NCBI GenBank assembly: GCA_013239625.1
Contig: MU054001.1
Location: 6,869,078 to 6,933,077 of the forward strand
Direction: 5' to 3'
Origin: Lama guanicoe
Lineage: Eukaryota
Length of the DNA stretch: 64,000 nt
The notes under the pieces were generated by a model. That model was given only the letters and a program-made list of their open reading frames with translations. It did not search any database and was not told the origin of the DNA. Of this stretch, positions 1-13,306 are shown piece after piece (position 1 is the first letter of the stretch; every line of letters begins with the position of its first letter). The translations under genes and the position numbers were made by a program.

Positions 1-1080
1 TCAGTACTTCGTTTCCTTTTATGGCTGAATAACATTCCATTGTGTGGATATACTGCATTTTGTTAATCCGTTCATCAGTTGATGGACATTTTGGTGGTTT
101 CCACCTTTTGGTTATTGTGAATAGTGATGCTGTGAATATTCACGTACAAGTGTTTGTTTTAACATCTGTTTTCATTTATTTTTAGGAGTGGAGCTGCATG
201 GTCATATCGTAATTCAGTGTTTAATTTATTGAGGAATTTATTGAGTGTCTTCCCCAGGAGGTGCTGCATTTCACAGTTGGACCAACATTGTATGAAGTTT
301 CTAATTTCCCCACATCCTCACCCACACTTGTTATTTTTTGTTTAAAAAAAATTAGTATGGTTATCCTAGTGCATGTGAAGTGGGATGTCATTGCAGTTCT
401 GGTTTGCATTTCCCTCATAATCAAAGACATTGAACTCTTTTTGTGTGCTTGTTGGTCATTTTATGTATCTTCCTTAGAGAAATGCCTATTCAGGTTCGTT
501 GCCCATTTTTTAATTGAGTTATTAATTGGGTTGTTTTTCTTTTTGTTGTTTGAGTCATGTAAGAGTTTTTGTATATTCTGCATATTAGACCCTTATCAGA
601 TACATGATTTGCAAATATTTGTAAAAACACATTTGGTGGGTTTTCTTTTTACTCTCTTGATAGTACCCTTTGATGCATGAGTTTTTTGAGGTAGTCCAGT
701 ATGTCTATTTTTTCTTTTGTTGCTTTTGTGCTTTTTGGTGTCAGAACTAAGAAACTGTCACCAAATCCAAGGTCACTGAAGACTTACCCCTTTTCTCATC
801 TAAGAATTGTATAGTTGTAGTTGTTATATCTATGTCCTTGATTCATTTTGAGTTAGTTTTTGTTTATGGGGTGATGTTAGGGTTCAGCTTCATTCTTTGG
901 ATGTGGATATCCTGCTGTTTCAGCTCTTTTTGTTGAAGAGATGATTCTTTCCTCATTGAAGGATATTGGTACCATTGTTGAAAATCAATCGACAATATTT
1001 GCTAGGTTTATTTCTGGACTGTCAGTTCTCTTTCATTGATGTATATGTCTATTCTTATGCCAGCATTACAGAGTTTTGTT
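1..1080 (-). mobile_element. Old L1 fragment (ORF2 3' region)
   Basis: Antisense L1 ORF2 remnant, e.g. MSLIMREMQ..T....HFT (221-430). Confidence 0.85.
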
Positions 1081-1147
1081 TTGTTTTTCTTTTTTCACTG
1101 ATATACAAGATTTTTTAAAGACTTTGAAAAAAATTGAGGTATAATTA

Positions 1148-1378
1148 AACTAGTAGTTACCAGTGGGGAGAGGGAAGTGGGAGGGGCAACATAAGGGTAG
1201 GAGATTAAGAGGTACAAACTATTTGTATAAAATAAGCTGCAGGGATATATTGTACAATACAGGGAATATAGCCAATATTTTATAATAACTATAAATGGAG
1301 TATAACCTTTAAAATTGTGACTCATATTGTACACCTGTAACATATCATATTGTACATCAACTATACTTCAATAAAAAA
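1148..1378 (+). mobile_element. 5'-truncated L1 3' end with target-site duplication
   Basis: L1 3' UTR ending CAACTATACTTCAATAAAAAA; flanked by AAAAAATTGAGGTATAATT / AAAAAATTGAAGTATAATT. Confidence 0.75.
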
Positions 1379-3859
1379 TTGAAGTATAATTGACATATAA
1401 TGTTACATATACTAGTTATAACATTATATTAGTTTCAGGTGTATAGTATAATGATTTGATAATTGTGAATAATGTGAAATGATCACACAATAAGACTTTA
1501 TTTATTTATAGCAGTTTTAGGTTTGCAACAAAATTGAGAAGAGGGTGTAAAGATTTCCCATATACCCTCTGCTCCACACATGCATAGCCTCTCCTATATC
1601 AACATCCCCCACTGGAGTGATAAATTTATTAAAATTGATGACCCTATGTTGACACATAGTTGTCACTCAAAGTCCATAGTTTCCATTATGGGTCACTCTT
1701 GGTGTTGTATGTTCTATGAGTGTGGACAAATATATAATGACATATATCCACCATTACAGTATTAGAGACTGTTTTCATTACCCTAAAAATCCTCTGTGCT
1801 TCACCTGTTCATCCCTCCCTCCCCACAAACCCCTGGCAACCACTGATTTATTTAGTATCTCCATAGTTTTCCCTTTTCCAGAATAATGTAGTTGGAATCA
1901 TAGTATATAACTTTTTTATATTGGCTTCTTTCACTTAGTATTATGCATTTAAGTTTCCTCCATGTCTTTTCAGGGCTTGATAGTTTACTTTTTTTTTTTA
2001 GCCCTGAAAATATTCCATTGTTGGGTGTTCTGCAGTTTACTTACCAATTTATGTACTGAGGATAGATCACACAACAATTCCCAAGTGTTGGCAATTATGA
2101 ATTAAGCTGTCATAAATGTTGCGTGCAGGTTTTTGTGTGGATATAAGTTTTTAGCCCTTTCAAAAGGTAAATATCAAGGAGCATGACTGCTAGATTGTAA
2201 AATGTTTAGTTGTGTAAGAAACTGCCAAACTGTCTTCTAGAGTGGCTGCAGCATTTTGCATTCCCACAAGCAATGAATGAATGTTCTGTTGGTCAACATC
2301 CTTGTCAGTGTTCCAGATTTTGGCCATTCTGATAAGTGTGTACTGGAATCTTGTTGTTTTAGTTAGCATTTCCCTGATGACATACTATGTGGAGCATCTT
2401 TTCATATGCTTACATGCTATCGGTGTATCTCTTTGGTTAGATGTCTTTTAAGATCTTTGGCCCATTTTAAAAAATTGGATTCATTTTCTCATTGTTGAGT
2501 TTTAAGAGTTCTTTCTATATTTTAGATAGCAGTCCTTTATCAGATACGTCTTTTGCAAATCTTTTCTCCTAGTCTGTGGCTTGGTCTTTTCATTTTCTTC
2601 ACAGTATCTTTTGAAGAGCAGAATATTTTAATTTTAATGAAGTCTAGCTTATCGGTTCTTTCTTTCATGATTGTGCCTTTAGTGTCATATCTAAAAAATC
2701 ATCACCAAACCCAAAGTCATCTAGATTTTCTCTTATGTTATCTTTTAGGAGTTTTATAGTTTTGTGTTTTACATTTAGGTCTGTGATCTATTTTGAGTGA
2801 TTTTTGTGAAGGATATAAGGTGTGTGTCTAGATTCTGTTTTTTGTTTTTCTTGTTTTTTGGTTTTATTGTTGCATGTAAATGTCTAGTTGTTCTAGCACT
2901 ATTTGTTGAAAAGACTGTCTTTGCTCCATTGTGTTGCTTTGTCAAAGATCAGTTGGCTAATTTATGTGTATTTATGTCTGGACTCTCTGTTCTATTCCAT
3001 CGATTTTTCTGTCTATTCTTTTACCAATACCACATTATCTTAATTACCGTAGCTTTATAGTAAGTCTCCAACTTTGTTCTTTTCCTTACAGGTTGGGTTG
3101 GCTGTTCTGGGTCTTTTGACTCTCCATATAATCTGTTTGTTGATATCCACAAAATAACTTGGTAGGCTTTTGATTGGGATTGCAGTTGAATCTTTAGGTC
3201 AACTGGGAAGAACTGACCTCTTGACGATATTAAGTCTCCTTATTCATGAACATAGACTATCCATATTTTTAGTTCTTTGATTTTGTTCATTATATTTGTG
3301 TAGTTTTCTTCATATGGATCTTGTACCTATTTTGTTAGATTTATATTTTGTATTCCTTTTTTTTGCCATGCTGATGTAAATAGTATTGTGCTTTTAATTT
3401 CAAATTCCACTTGTTCATTGCTGATATATAGGAAAGTAGTTGGCTTTTTTCTTTTTTTTTTTTGTATTAACCTTGTGTCCTGCAATCTTGTTTAGTAGCT
3501 TATTTCAAGAGATTTTTGGTTGATTCATTTGGATTTCTACATAGGCAGTCATGTCGTCTACAAAAAAGTTTTATTTCTTCCTTCCTAATCAGTATACCCT
3601 TTATTTCCTTTTCTTGCCTTTTTGCATTAGCTGGGACTTCCAGTATGATGATGAAAAGGAGTGGTGAGAGGGGACATCCTTGCCTTGTGTTTGATCTTAG
3701 TGGGAATGATTCTTGTTTCTCACCATTAAGTATAATGTTATCTAGGTTTTTGGTAGATATCTACTATAAAGTTGAGGAAATTCCCCTCTATTCCTTATTT
3801 ACAGAAAACTTTTATCATGAATGGTGTTGGAATTTTATCAAATGCTTTTTCTGCATCTA

Positions 3860-4310
3860 CAGGCATACCTTGTTTTACTGCACTTCACTTTATTGTACTT
3901 TGCAGATACTGCATTTTTTACACAATGAAGGTTTGTGGCAACCATGTGTTAGGCAAGTCTATCAGACCCATTTTCTCAACAGTATTATTTATTTATTTAA
4001 AGGGGTTGGTAATTAGTTTTTTTTTTTTTTAATGAAGGTACTGGGGATTGAACCCAAGACCTTGTGCATGCTAGGCACGCACTCTACCCCTGAGCTATAC
4101 CCTCCCTCCAACAGTATTATTTTAAAATCAAGGTATGTACTTTTTTTTTAAGACATAGTGCTTTTGCACACTTAATAAACTACAGTTTAATGTAAACATA
4201 ACTTTTATATGCACTGGGAACCCAAAAAATTCATTTGACTCACTTTATTGCAACATTTACTTTATTGCAGTATCTGGAACTAAATCCTCAATATCTCAGA
4301 AGTATGCCCA
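3860..4310 (+). mobile_element. Internally deleted Tigger1
   Basis: TA-CAGGCATACCT...AGTATGCCCA-TA termini and Tigger1 subterminal sequence. Confidence 0.85.
3991..4106 (-). mobile_element. tRNA-derived SINE (camelid vic-1-like) inside Tigger1
   Basis: Reverse complement GGGAGGGTATAGCTCAG..GTAGAG..GGTTCAATCCCC (A/B boxes); TSD CAACAGTATTATTT on both sides. Confidence 0.85.
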
Positions 4311-4544
4311 TATTGATATGATCATGTGATTTTTCTTTAGCCTGTTGATGTGATAAATTATATCAGTTGATTTTTGAATGTTGAACCAGCTTTTCATACC
4401 TGAGATAAATCCCATCTGGTTGTGGTATATAATTTTTTTATACATTCTTGGATTCCATTTGCTAATATTTTTGTTTTTCTCTGTTGCTTGCTTGCTTTTT
4501 CACTGATTTCCTCTTTTTATTATTTCCTTCCTTCTACTTTGATT

Positions 4545-4683
4545 TTATTTATTTTTATTTTCTTTTTTTAGGGCGCTGGATATTTGGTTTATTTATTTAT
4601 TTTTGGAGGAGGTACGGAGGATTGAACCCAGGACTTCGTGCATGCTAAGCATGTGCTCTACCACTTGAGCTATACCCTCCCCC
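4545..4683 (-). mobile_element. tRNA-derived SINE (vic-1-like)
   Basis: Same head sequence; flanking repeat CTTCTACTTT(T)GATTTT. Confidence 0.85.
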
Positions 4684-5471
4684 ACTTCTACTTTGATTTT
4701 AATTGCTCTTATTTTTCCAGGTTCATGAAGAAAATTCATTTTAGACCTTTCTTTTCTAATGTAAGCATTTAAAGTTACAAACTTTACTCTATACACTGAC
4801 TAACTGCATCTGACAAATTTTGATATTTTTTCATTATCATTCAGCTTATAGTATTTTCTAATCTCCCTTTTGATTTCTTCTTTGACCTGTGGGTTTTTGT
4901 TTTTTTTTCAGAAGAGTGTTTAAATTCCAGATTCTTGGGGTTTTCTCAGTATTTTTTATCAATTTTAGTTTAATTCCATTGTGGTCAGATAACATCTCTT
5001 GAAGATTTCAGTCTTTTAAAATCTGTAAGAATTGTTTTATGGCCCCCTATATGGTCTGCCTTAATGACTGTTCCTTGGATACTTGAAAACAGTGTATATT
5101 CTTTCAGCTTTAGGTGTTGTGTTCTATAAATTTCTATTATGATAAGATGGTTTATATTGTCATTCAGATATCTTTACTAAATTTTTTTGTCTAGCTCTAT
5201 ACATTACTGAGAAAAGTGTGCTAGAAATATCCAGTTATGATTATGGATTGGACTGTTTGTCTTTTTAGTGTTCCCAGTATTTGTTTCATATATTTTGAAA
5301 CTCTTCCATTAAGCACATAAACATTTATAATTTTGTATCTTCCTAATATATTTACCTTTCTGTTATTAAATATCTGTCCTTGTCTCCAATAAATGCTGCT
5401 TATCTTGAAGTTTGCATTGTCTGATTTTATTGTAGCCGATCTAACCTTCTTATACTTCCAGTTTGCATGGA

Positions 5472-6312
5472 TGAGTAGGAAAAACTCACTTCTCTCTCTC
5501 CTTTACTTTTCTATTACTACCACTCTCACAACACTTCTGACACCAGATATGTAGGGGGTTTTCCTACACCAAACAATTCTCTGTGATACCAGCTCAGTTC
5601 TTACACTATCTACCTGGAGTTGCAAGTATTAGGTCCCAAGGACACCCACAACTTCTGTCCAACTTGTTTGCAAATTGGAGATTCCTGTGACCTCCTCCCT
5701 CATGGATTAGATTACTTGCTAGAACAGCTCACAGAACTCAAGGAAGTATTGACAACTGTAAGAAAGGTTATGATAAAGGATACAGATGAAAGGCCAGATG
5801 AAGAGATACATAGGGCAAGGTCTGGAGGGTCCTGAGCACAGGAGCTTCTATCCCCATGGAGTTAGAATGTGTCACTCTTCCAGAACTTAGATGTGTTGAC
5901 CAAATTGGAAGCTCTCTGAGCCCCTTACTTTTGGAATTTTTATGGAGGCTTCAGCACCTAGACATGATGGATCATTGACTCCATTTCCAGCCCCCTACCT
6001 TCTCTGGAGAATTGGCAGTTGGGCTGAAAATTCCAAATTTTTAATCATAGCTTGGTCTTTCTGGTGATTAGCCCCCATCCAGGAGCTCACCAAGAGTCAC
6101 CTCATAAGAACGGAAGACACTGCTATCACCCAGGAAATTCCAAGGGATTTACGAACTCTGCGTCAGGAACTGGGATCAATGACCAATTAAAATAAAGGAT
6201 GCTCCTAATGCTCTTATCACTTAGGAAGTTACAAGGGTTTTAGGTGCTCCTTGCCAGGAAATTGGGGGCTGGGAGGGGGCAGAAACCAATATATTTTTCC
6301 CATTATCTCACA
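5472..6312. mobile_element. Solo LTR, MER21-like (ERVL)
   Basis: TG...CA termini; 5-bp flanks ATGGA/ATGGT; CTCTCAACACTTCTGACACCAGAT motif recalled from MER21. Confidence 0.7.
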
Positions 6313-6632
6313 ATGGTGTATCTTTTTCTTTTTTTTTCTCTTTTAACTTGTTAGTGTCTTTGTGTTTAAAAGTGTGATTCTTGTAAACAGTTTTGTGTTG
6401 GTTTTGCTTTGTTATCCATCTGACAATATCTAACTTTTGACTGGAGAATTAATTCATTTATATGTAATATAAGTATTAATATGTTTAGATTTAATTTTTT
6501 TGATGTTTATTTTCCATCTCACCAGCTTTTTATTATGTTTCTCTTTTTCTTCCCTCTTTTGTCTTAATCACATGTTTTTTGTACTTTGTTTTAATTTATC
6601 TATTGGCTTTTCAGCTTTATTTCTTTGCTTTT

Positions 6633-6672
<40 letters not shown>
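6633..6672. repeat. (TG)n microsatellite
   Basis: Directly visible. Confidence 0.95.
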
Positions 6673-6674
<2 letters not shown>

Positions 6675-6811
6675 TTGCTCTAGGAATTACATTATGCAAC
6701 TGTAACTTATCACAATCTCTTTAGAGGCAATTTTAGATTAGTTCAGGAAAAAATACAGGAATTTTGCAACCATCCAGTTCCTTTTACTTCTCCCAACCTT
6801 TGTGCTATAAT

Positions 6812-6925
6812 TAGAGTGATCAGCTTATCTTCTGTTTGCCTAGGAACTTCCTGGTTTTAGCACTGGAAGTCCTATCTTTCGGCAACTCCCTCAGTCCTGG
6901 GCAAATTGGAAAGGTTGGTGACCTT
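6812..6925. mobile_element. MER81-like hAT MITE
   Basis: TAGAGTGATCA...GGTTTTAGCACTGGAAGTCC...TTGGTGACCTTT resembles recalled MER81. Confidence 0.7.
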
Positions 6926-7002
6926 TGCTATTGTTATCATCTTTGTTACATCTATTAATGTTATAAACTCAACAATACAACGTTATACTTTTTGCTTTAA
7001 GT

Positions 7003-7192
7003 GAGAGGTGGGCAAAATATGGCTCCCATACCAAATCTGGCTTCTGGCCTGTTTTTGTAGGACCCACAAACTAAGAATGCTTTTTGCATTTTTAAGGAGT
7101 TACTAAGAAAAAGGAAAAAAAAAAAAAAAGAGACACAGTTATGTGACCCACAAACCAAAAATATATATTAATCTGGCCCTTTACAAAAGAAG
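7003..7192. mobile_element. MER58-family hAT fragment
   Basis: CCAAATCTGG..CCTGTTTTTGTA..CTAAGAATG and TCTGGCCCTTTACA motifs. Confidence 0.65.
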
Positions 7193-8299
7193 GCATAAAC
7201 AATCATATGTGTCTTTAAAAGAAAGTAATAGAAAAAAAATACACACACATATACTTATCATTTTAAATTTGAATCATTTGTAAAGACTGGAGAGCCTTTT
7301 TTTAAAAAAAGACTTGAATACATTGTTTAGGGAGCAATCTTGTGGTCTAACCAAATCTGTATTGTTTTACACAAATATATTTTATAGACAGTGTTGAAAA
7401 TGTGATCAGATAAAGATTAAACAAGAGAAATATAGTTTATGTTGTTCCAGTGCCACCAAGCACTGCCACTATACAGTATAAAAACAATTTGGTGAGGTTT
7501 TCCAAAGTAAAAGATTCTTTCTTTTTTAAAAAACTTTTAAAAATTGAAGTATAGTTGTTTTACAGTGTTGTGTTAGCCAAGGATTGTCTCCATTGTTAGT
7601 TTAAAATTAAATTTATTATGTTTTGACAATTGACTTGAGTACTTGTAAATCACTTCGGAAGAAATAATTTCAATATTTAAAACATTTTCATTTATTCTGG
7701 TTATTTGAGTAAAAGCTTAGGTTTACATTGTATACATAATACCTTCCAGTTTGTTTAGGTCATAAACTGTATGCTGGCTTAGAGATGAAAAGAAAATCTG
7801 AGGACAACTACAAGTTTTCATCATAATAGCTCAATTTTATTTGGAAAGAGCTCATTAATTATGTTAAATATATTCTTTTGAATATAACAAATATATAATT
7901 TGAAAAATATTTCAGTTTTTAATGTAAATACTTAAGGGACTTCATCAGGATTTAATCAAACTTTTGTTGTTTCTTAAATGTGCTTTTTTTTAGTAAAAAT
8001 AACTGAAGAAAAATTATAGTTGAGGCTTTCTAAGTTTTTAAAGGTGAAGTTTGTTTTAAACTTTATGAAGAAATAGTTCTTTAAGATATAAGCTGAAAAA
8101 ATGGGAAACCAGAAAGCCTTGTTTTGTTTCTTGCTTTTGTTTACTACATAACATATTAGAATATTAAATATTGCATATTAGAATACTACAATGATTCTAT
8201 AATACCTTATATCATATTAAATTCTTATATGTATTTTATATGTAATGTATAAAACCTTTAAAGTTTGAAGGAATTTTTCTATTTGAATATATTATTCCT

Positions 8300-10560
8300 T
8301 TTAAAAAAATTTAGAAACATAATTATAGAAATACTATGCACAGTTCAGTGGTATTAAGTACATTTATATTGTTGTGCAACCATTACCACCATCCATCTCC
8401 AGAACTCTTCATTTTGCAAAATAACTTCCCTTCTGCTCTCTACCCAGCTCCTGGCAACTACTCATTGCTTTTTGTCTCTATGAACTTGACTGTTACTTCC
8501 TTTAAGTAGAATCATACTATATTTGTCTTTTGTAACTGACCTATTTCACTTAGCTTAATATCCCCAAGGTTCATGTTGTAACATGTTTTGACAAAGTTTG
8601 AGAAGGACTGGTGTTAGTTTTCTTTAAACGTTTGGTAGAAATCACCAAGAAGTCATCAGGTCCAGAGCTTTTCTTTGTTGGGAAGGTTTTGATTACTGAC
8701 TTAGTCTCTTGACTAGTTGTAGTTATATTTTCTGTTTCTTCATGATTCAGTCTTGTAGGTTTTGTGCTTCTAGGGTTTTGTCCATTTCATCAAGTTATCC
8801 AGTTTGTTGGTGTGAAGTTGTTCATAGTACTCTCTTTAATCCTTTTTACTTCTGTAGAATTGGTAGTAATAAGCCACCTTCAAATCAAATTATTTGGTTT
8901 AATAATTTGTCTTCTCTCTTTTAGTCAGTCTAGCTAAAGTTTTGTCAATTTTGTTCATCTTTTCAAAGAAATCAACTTTGGTTTCATTGATTTTCACTAC
9001 TTTTTATTCTCAATTTTGTATTTCTCAAATCTTTATTTTTCTTCCTTTTGGTAGCTTTGGGTTTAGTTTACTCTTCTTTTTCTAGTTCCTTAAGTTAGAA
9101 AGTTAGGTTGTTAATTTGGGATCTTTCTTTTTTTTAATGTAAGTGTTTACAGCTATAACTTTCTCTGTAAACATTGCTTTCACTGTGTCCCATGAATTTA
9201 TTAGGTTTTATTTTTGTTTTCATTCATCACTAAGTATTTTCTAATTTTCCTTGTGATTTCTTTTTTGATTCATTGGTTATTCAAGAATATATTGTTTGAC
9301 TTCAACAAATTTGTAAATTTTCAAGTTTTTCTTCTGTTCTTGATTTCTAACTTCATCCTGTTATGGTTGGAGAAGATACTTTGAATGATTTCTATCTTTA
9401 AAAAGTGAACTTTGATTCTTAACTTGTGCCATATACAAATAATATTCTAAGATGGATCATAGACCTAAATGAAAAATTTTAAACTATGAAACTTCCAGAA
9501 AATAGTAAAAAACAAAACAAAACTTTGTGAACTTAAGTTAGGCAAATGTTTGTTAATTACACACCAAAGGCACGATCCATAGAAGAAAAAAGTGATAAAT
9601 TGGACTTGTTCAAGTTAAAACTTCTACTCTTTGAAAGCCATTGATAGAGGACTTATATCCAGAATATATTAAGGACTCTCAGAGCTCAATAATAAGAAAA
9701 TGAACATTTCAGTTAAAACAAGGGTAAAAATTTGAATAGACACTTCACCAAGGAAGACCTACAGATGGCAGTAAACATGAAAAATGTTCAACATCATTAG
9801 GCATTAGGGATATGCATATTACCGCAATGAGATCCCGCTACCCTACTAAAATGGTTAAATAAAATTAAAGACTGAACCTACCAAGTGTTGCTGAGAATGT
9901 GGAGGAACTGTAACTCTCTTAAAACTGCTGATAGGAATGTAAAACAGTATAACCACTTTGGAAAATAGTTTGTCAGTTTTTTTTAGAAAGTTAAACACCT
10001 ACTGTATGATCCATCCATTATTTATTCATACAAGAGGAAAGAAAGTATATGTCTATACAAAGGCTTGAACTTGCTGTATTCATAGCAGCTTTATTTGTAA
10101 AAGCTAAAAAATGGAAATAGTTCAAATGTACATCAGCAGGTTGATGGATAGCTGTGGTATATCCATACATGGAATAGTATTTAGCAGTAGAAGAAATGAA
10201 CTTATTACATGCAACAACGTGGACAGATCTCAAAATAATTATGCTGAGTAAAAGAAACTAAACAAAAAAAAGCATGTGCTTATGATTCCATTTATATAAA
10301 ACCTTAGAAAATTCAAGCTTATCTATAGTGACAGCTGATCAGTTGTTGCTTGTGGATATTGAGACGGGTGTTAAGAGGGAGGGGCAGGAGGTGAGATTAC
10401 AAAGGGGCATGAGGAAACTGGGGGATGATAGCTGTATTTACTATCTTGATTGTGGTGATGGTTTCATGGGCATATACAGGTGTCAAAACTTTTGTCAAAT
10501 TGTACATTTTAAATATGTGTAGTTTATGTTTATTATACCTTAGTGAAGTTGTTAAATGAT
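8300..10560. mobile_element. L1 fragments (antisense ~8300-9400; sense 3' end ~9400-10560)
   Basis: ORF2 and 3' UTR remnants with a strand-bias switch near 9400. Confidence 0.75.
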
Positions 10561-11310
10561 GTGATGGTTTTTTCACTTAAAAATATGTAAAGATCATAGA
10601 CTACTTCAGATAGTAAAGAACTTTTGTTAGAAAAGTAACAAATCTGCAAGGCTTATAGGATTTGTTTGATATCTTTCCTCAAGAGGAGATTAGGAGAACC
10701 TGTGTCTCAACACCTTTTTTTATAGTCTTCCATGTTCCTTTTCTCCAAACTGGCTATTGTGAATGATCCTTTTTCTGTAATTGGTATTGACCCTCTTCAT
10801 GCTTGAATTCTTAAAGACTCGTTTTCAGTTCTGTTTTATTATCAGCAATCAGTTTGTGTCTAAGTCTTGTTTCTTCCTTGCTTTGAAATGTCTGTCAAAT
10901 GTATCTTTTTTTTTTTTTTCAATTACATTCTCTGCCAGCATTGCAGAACAGACCAACAGCCTCTCATTCTGGAATTAATGCAGTAATTTCCTAACTAGTC
11001 CCTTTCTTCTAATCTAATCCATGTTGTAACTATTCTGAGACTGACATTTTAGGAAATAAATTTTATGCTTCACATTCTTCTCCTGGCCATTCATATATTA
11101 AACATTTACTATATGCATGGAACTGTAAAGGACTAGGAGAACGGAAGGACATGATTCTTATCTCAGTTTTTATGGGGAGGTGTTTAAATATAAATGTTAT
11201 TTTTACCTTCAGGGTTACTTATTGTTTGGTTGAAGAGATCACATAAACACTTGAGAAGTTTAATTAATAGTAAAGTAATAATATATTTTTTCCTTTTTTT
11301 CCTCCTTCAG

Positions 11311-11407
11311 GTTCCTGTTGCATGTAAATCCTGTCCCTGTGGTTATGTATTTATTAATAGGACATCTCTAAAAATGAAACAGTCGGAGAAATCATCACCT
11401 TTCACAG
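11311..11407 (+). CDS. Intact exon-2 paralogue of C16orf87: [32 protein letters not shown]; internal exon of the predicted fusion gene
   Basis: Same 97 nt length and phases as 32123-32219; CCTCCTTCAG acceptor; donor GTAATTGTGAGAGTTTACCACATT identical to the parent; 20/32 aa identical; no stop or indel. Confidence 0.9.
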
Positions 11408-11904
11408 GTAATTGTGAGAGTTTACCACATTCCCATCTATTATATATATTTAAAATTAATTTTTGTGAGTTAAAATATTTTTGCTGGTAAAGCTATCATA
11501 TTAAAGTATATTGAAATACATCTTTGGCTTTTATTAGATACAATAAGTCAATTTATGATGAGTTGTTCTTTATCCAATATAAATGTTGACTCCTTCACAA
11601 TACTGATAAATTTTATAACAAATTTTAATGAGAATTTTAATTTGAAAAATGTTAACTGGATGAAAGAGAACTTTAGTTTTATTATTAATATTTTTTTAAA
11701 GTACCAGTTATTTTGTTCAATTTATTGATTTAGACTAAAAAATTGCTGATTTTAATTTTGAGGTTATAGCTTTCTCTTTAAAGTTGACAAATCTTGATTT
11801 AGTCAATAAGTATAATCAGAGAATGTAGTTTTTTGTTATTCTTATTTTTTTCTGTGATAAAATCAGATTTCTAACAGTGAACCCAAAATAGGAATAGATT
11901 TATT

Positions 11905-12240
11905 ACATTTATTGAGTGCCTAACATGTGCCAGGTACTGTGTATCTTGGACATATAGCAGTAAATCTACTACCAAGACAGGTTTGGTGCTGTCAGGTGGA
12001 GGAAAAATATATATAGGAATATACATATGGAATATATAGGAAAAATATCAGCTAATAGTAAGTGCTAGGTAGGAAATTAAAATAGGGTACTGTCCTGGAG
12101 GGTGACTGGAAGGCTACTTTTACTTGAATGGTCAGGAAATATATCTCTGAAGAGGTAATATTTTAGCTAGGATCTGAATAGATGAAGGGGCTACACATGA
12201 AAGGCAGGGACAGCAAATTCTAGGCAGAGGGAAAAGCAAG
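11905..12240. mobile_element. L2 fragment, paralogous to the L2 at ~33245-33900
   Basis: TTTATTGAGTGCCTAACATGTGCCAGGTACTGT L2 end motif; same flank in both gene copies. Confidence 0.7.
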
Positions 12241-12273
12241 GCTGGATTTATTCCAGGAATGCAAACTTGGTAC

Positions 12274-12807
12274 TGTGGGGGAGGGGAAATTTCCTCTCCT
12301 TCCCCTATTAGTTCTTCTGCCTGTCAAATGATGTAAGGCAGATTGACAGGGGAAAATCAAGTTTATTATGTGTGCATGAGGAATCCATATAGTATAAAGA
12401 ATTTCAAAGAAGGCAAGAAAAGGTGAGATAGATCTGTATATTCTGGACTAAGGAGAGGGAGGTAGAGAAGACTGAAGCTTCAAGGGGAACTAGGGTAATT
12501 CACAGGAAGATAAAAAGTGTTAATTTTTGGTAAAGAAATGTTTGCTGGGCCATCCAAAGACAGTGGTACACAGAGGACTTTGATCAAATGGGCTTTGCTA
12601 GGTTTCTTACTGTCTACCATACCTAATACTTTACTATAGTTATTTATGGTAATAGCTTCTTCCTAGGACAAGCCTCCTGTCTTAAATTCTTTTAGGCAGT
12701 AAGAAGGAAGCTTCTTCCTGAGTCTTGTGGGCCTTGATAGTTTTCAGCTCAAAATAATCCACATGCCAGAGTGGCACATCTTGGGTGGCCTGCCTGTAGC
12801 CCCATCA
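12274..12807. mobile_element. Solo LTR (ERV1-like) nested in L1
   Basis: TG...CA termini; perfect 4-bp TSD GTAC (12270-12273 and 12808-12811). Confidence 0.75.
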
Positions 12808-13306
12808 GTACAAGATAAGGAAGTCTTATTAATATCATATGTCATATTAATAAATATAAGGATAAAATCTCATAAGGTTGTCTCTGTAGATGCTGAGAAA
12901 GCCTTTAGCAGAATTCAGTACCCATTCATGAAAAAGACACTCAAGAAAATAGGAATTGAAGAATATTTTTTATCTTGATAAAGTATGTATCTTAGTGTTA
13001 AAACTAGTATCATATTTAAATGAGGAAACACTACAGGCATATCCATTAAGATGAGGAACAAGGCAGCAACCCCATGTCTCCCCTACTGTTCAGCAGTATA
13101 TCAGAGGTAAATTAGCCAAGGCAATTAGATAAGAGACATCAATAAGAGGCATAAGAATGAGTAATGAAGAAGTGAAACAGTAACTATTTGCAGATCATAG
13201 GATACCTGAACCCCAGAAAATCAGTAATATAACTAATTCAGACAGTGAAAAGATTCAGTGAAGGAGCAGGATTTAAAATTAACGTACAAAAATCAGCTTT
13301 CATATA

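Larger units (their letters stand above)
1495..6600 (-). mobile_element. Fragmented antisense L1, interrupted by Tigger1, SINEs and an LTR
   Basis: Typical antisense ORF2 text (…GERGHPCLV…, TLNAYIRKE); T-rich strand bias. Confidence 0.8.

Noticed and set aside
4030..4106. tRNA gene candidates (also ~4605, ~38530, ~57345)
   Set aside because: AT-rich tails and TSDs identify them as SINEs.
11194..11490. 98-aa single-exon ORF
   Set aside because: Only the central 97 nt are exon; the flanks are intronic read-through.
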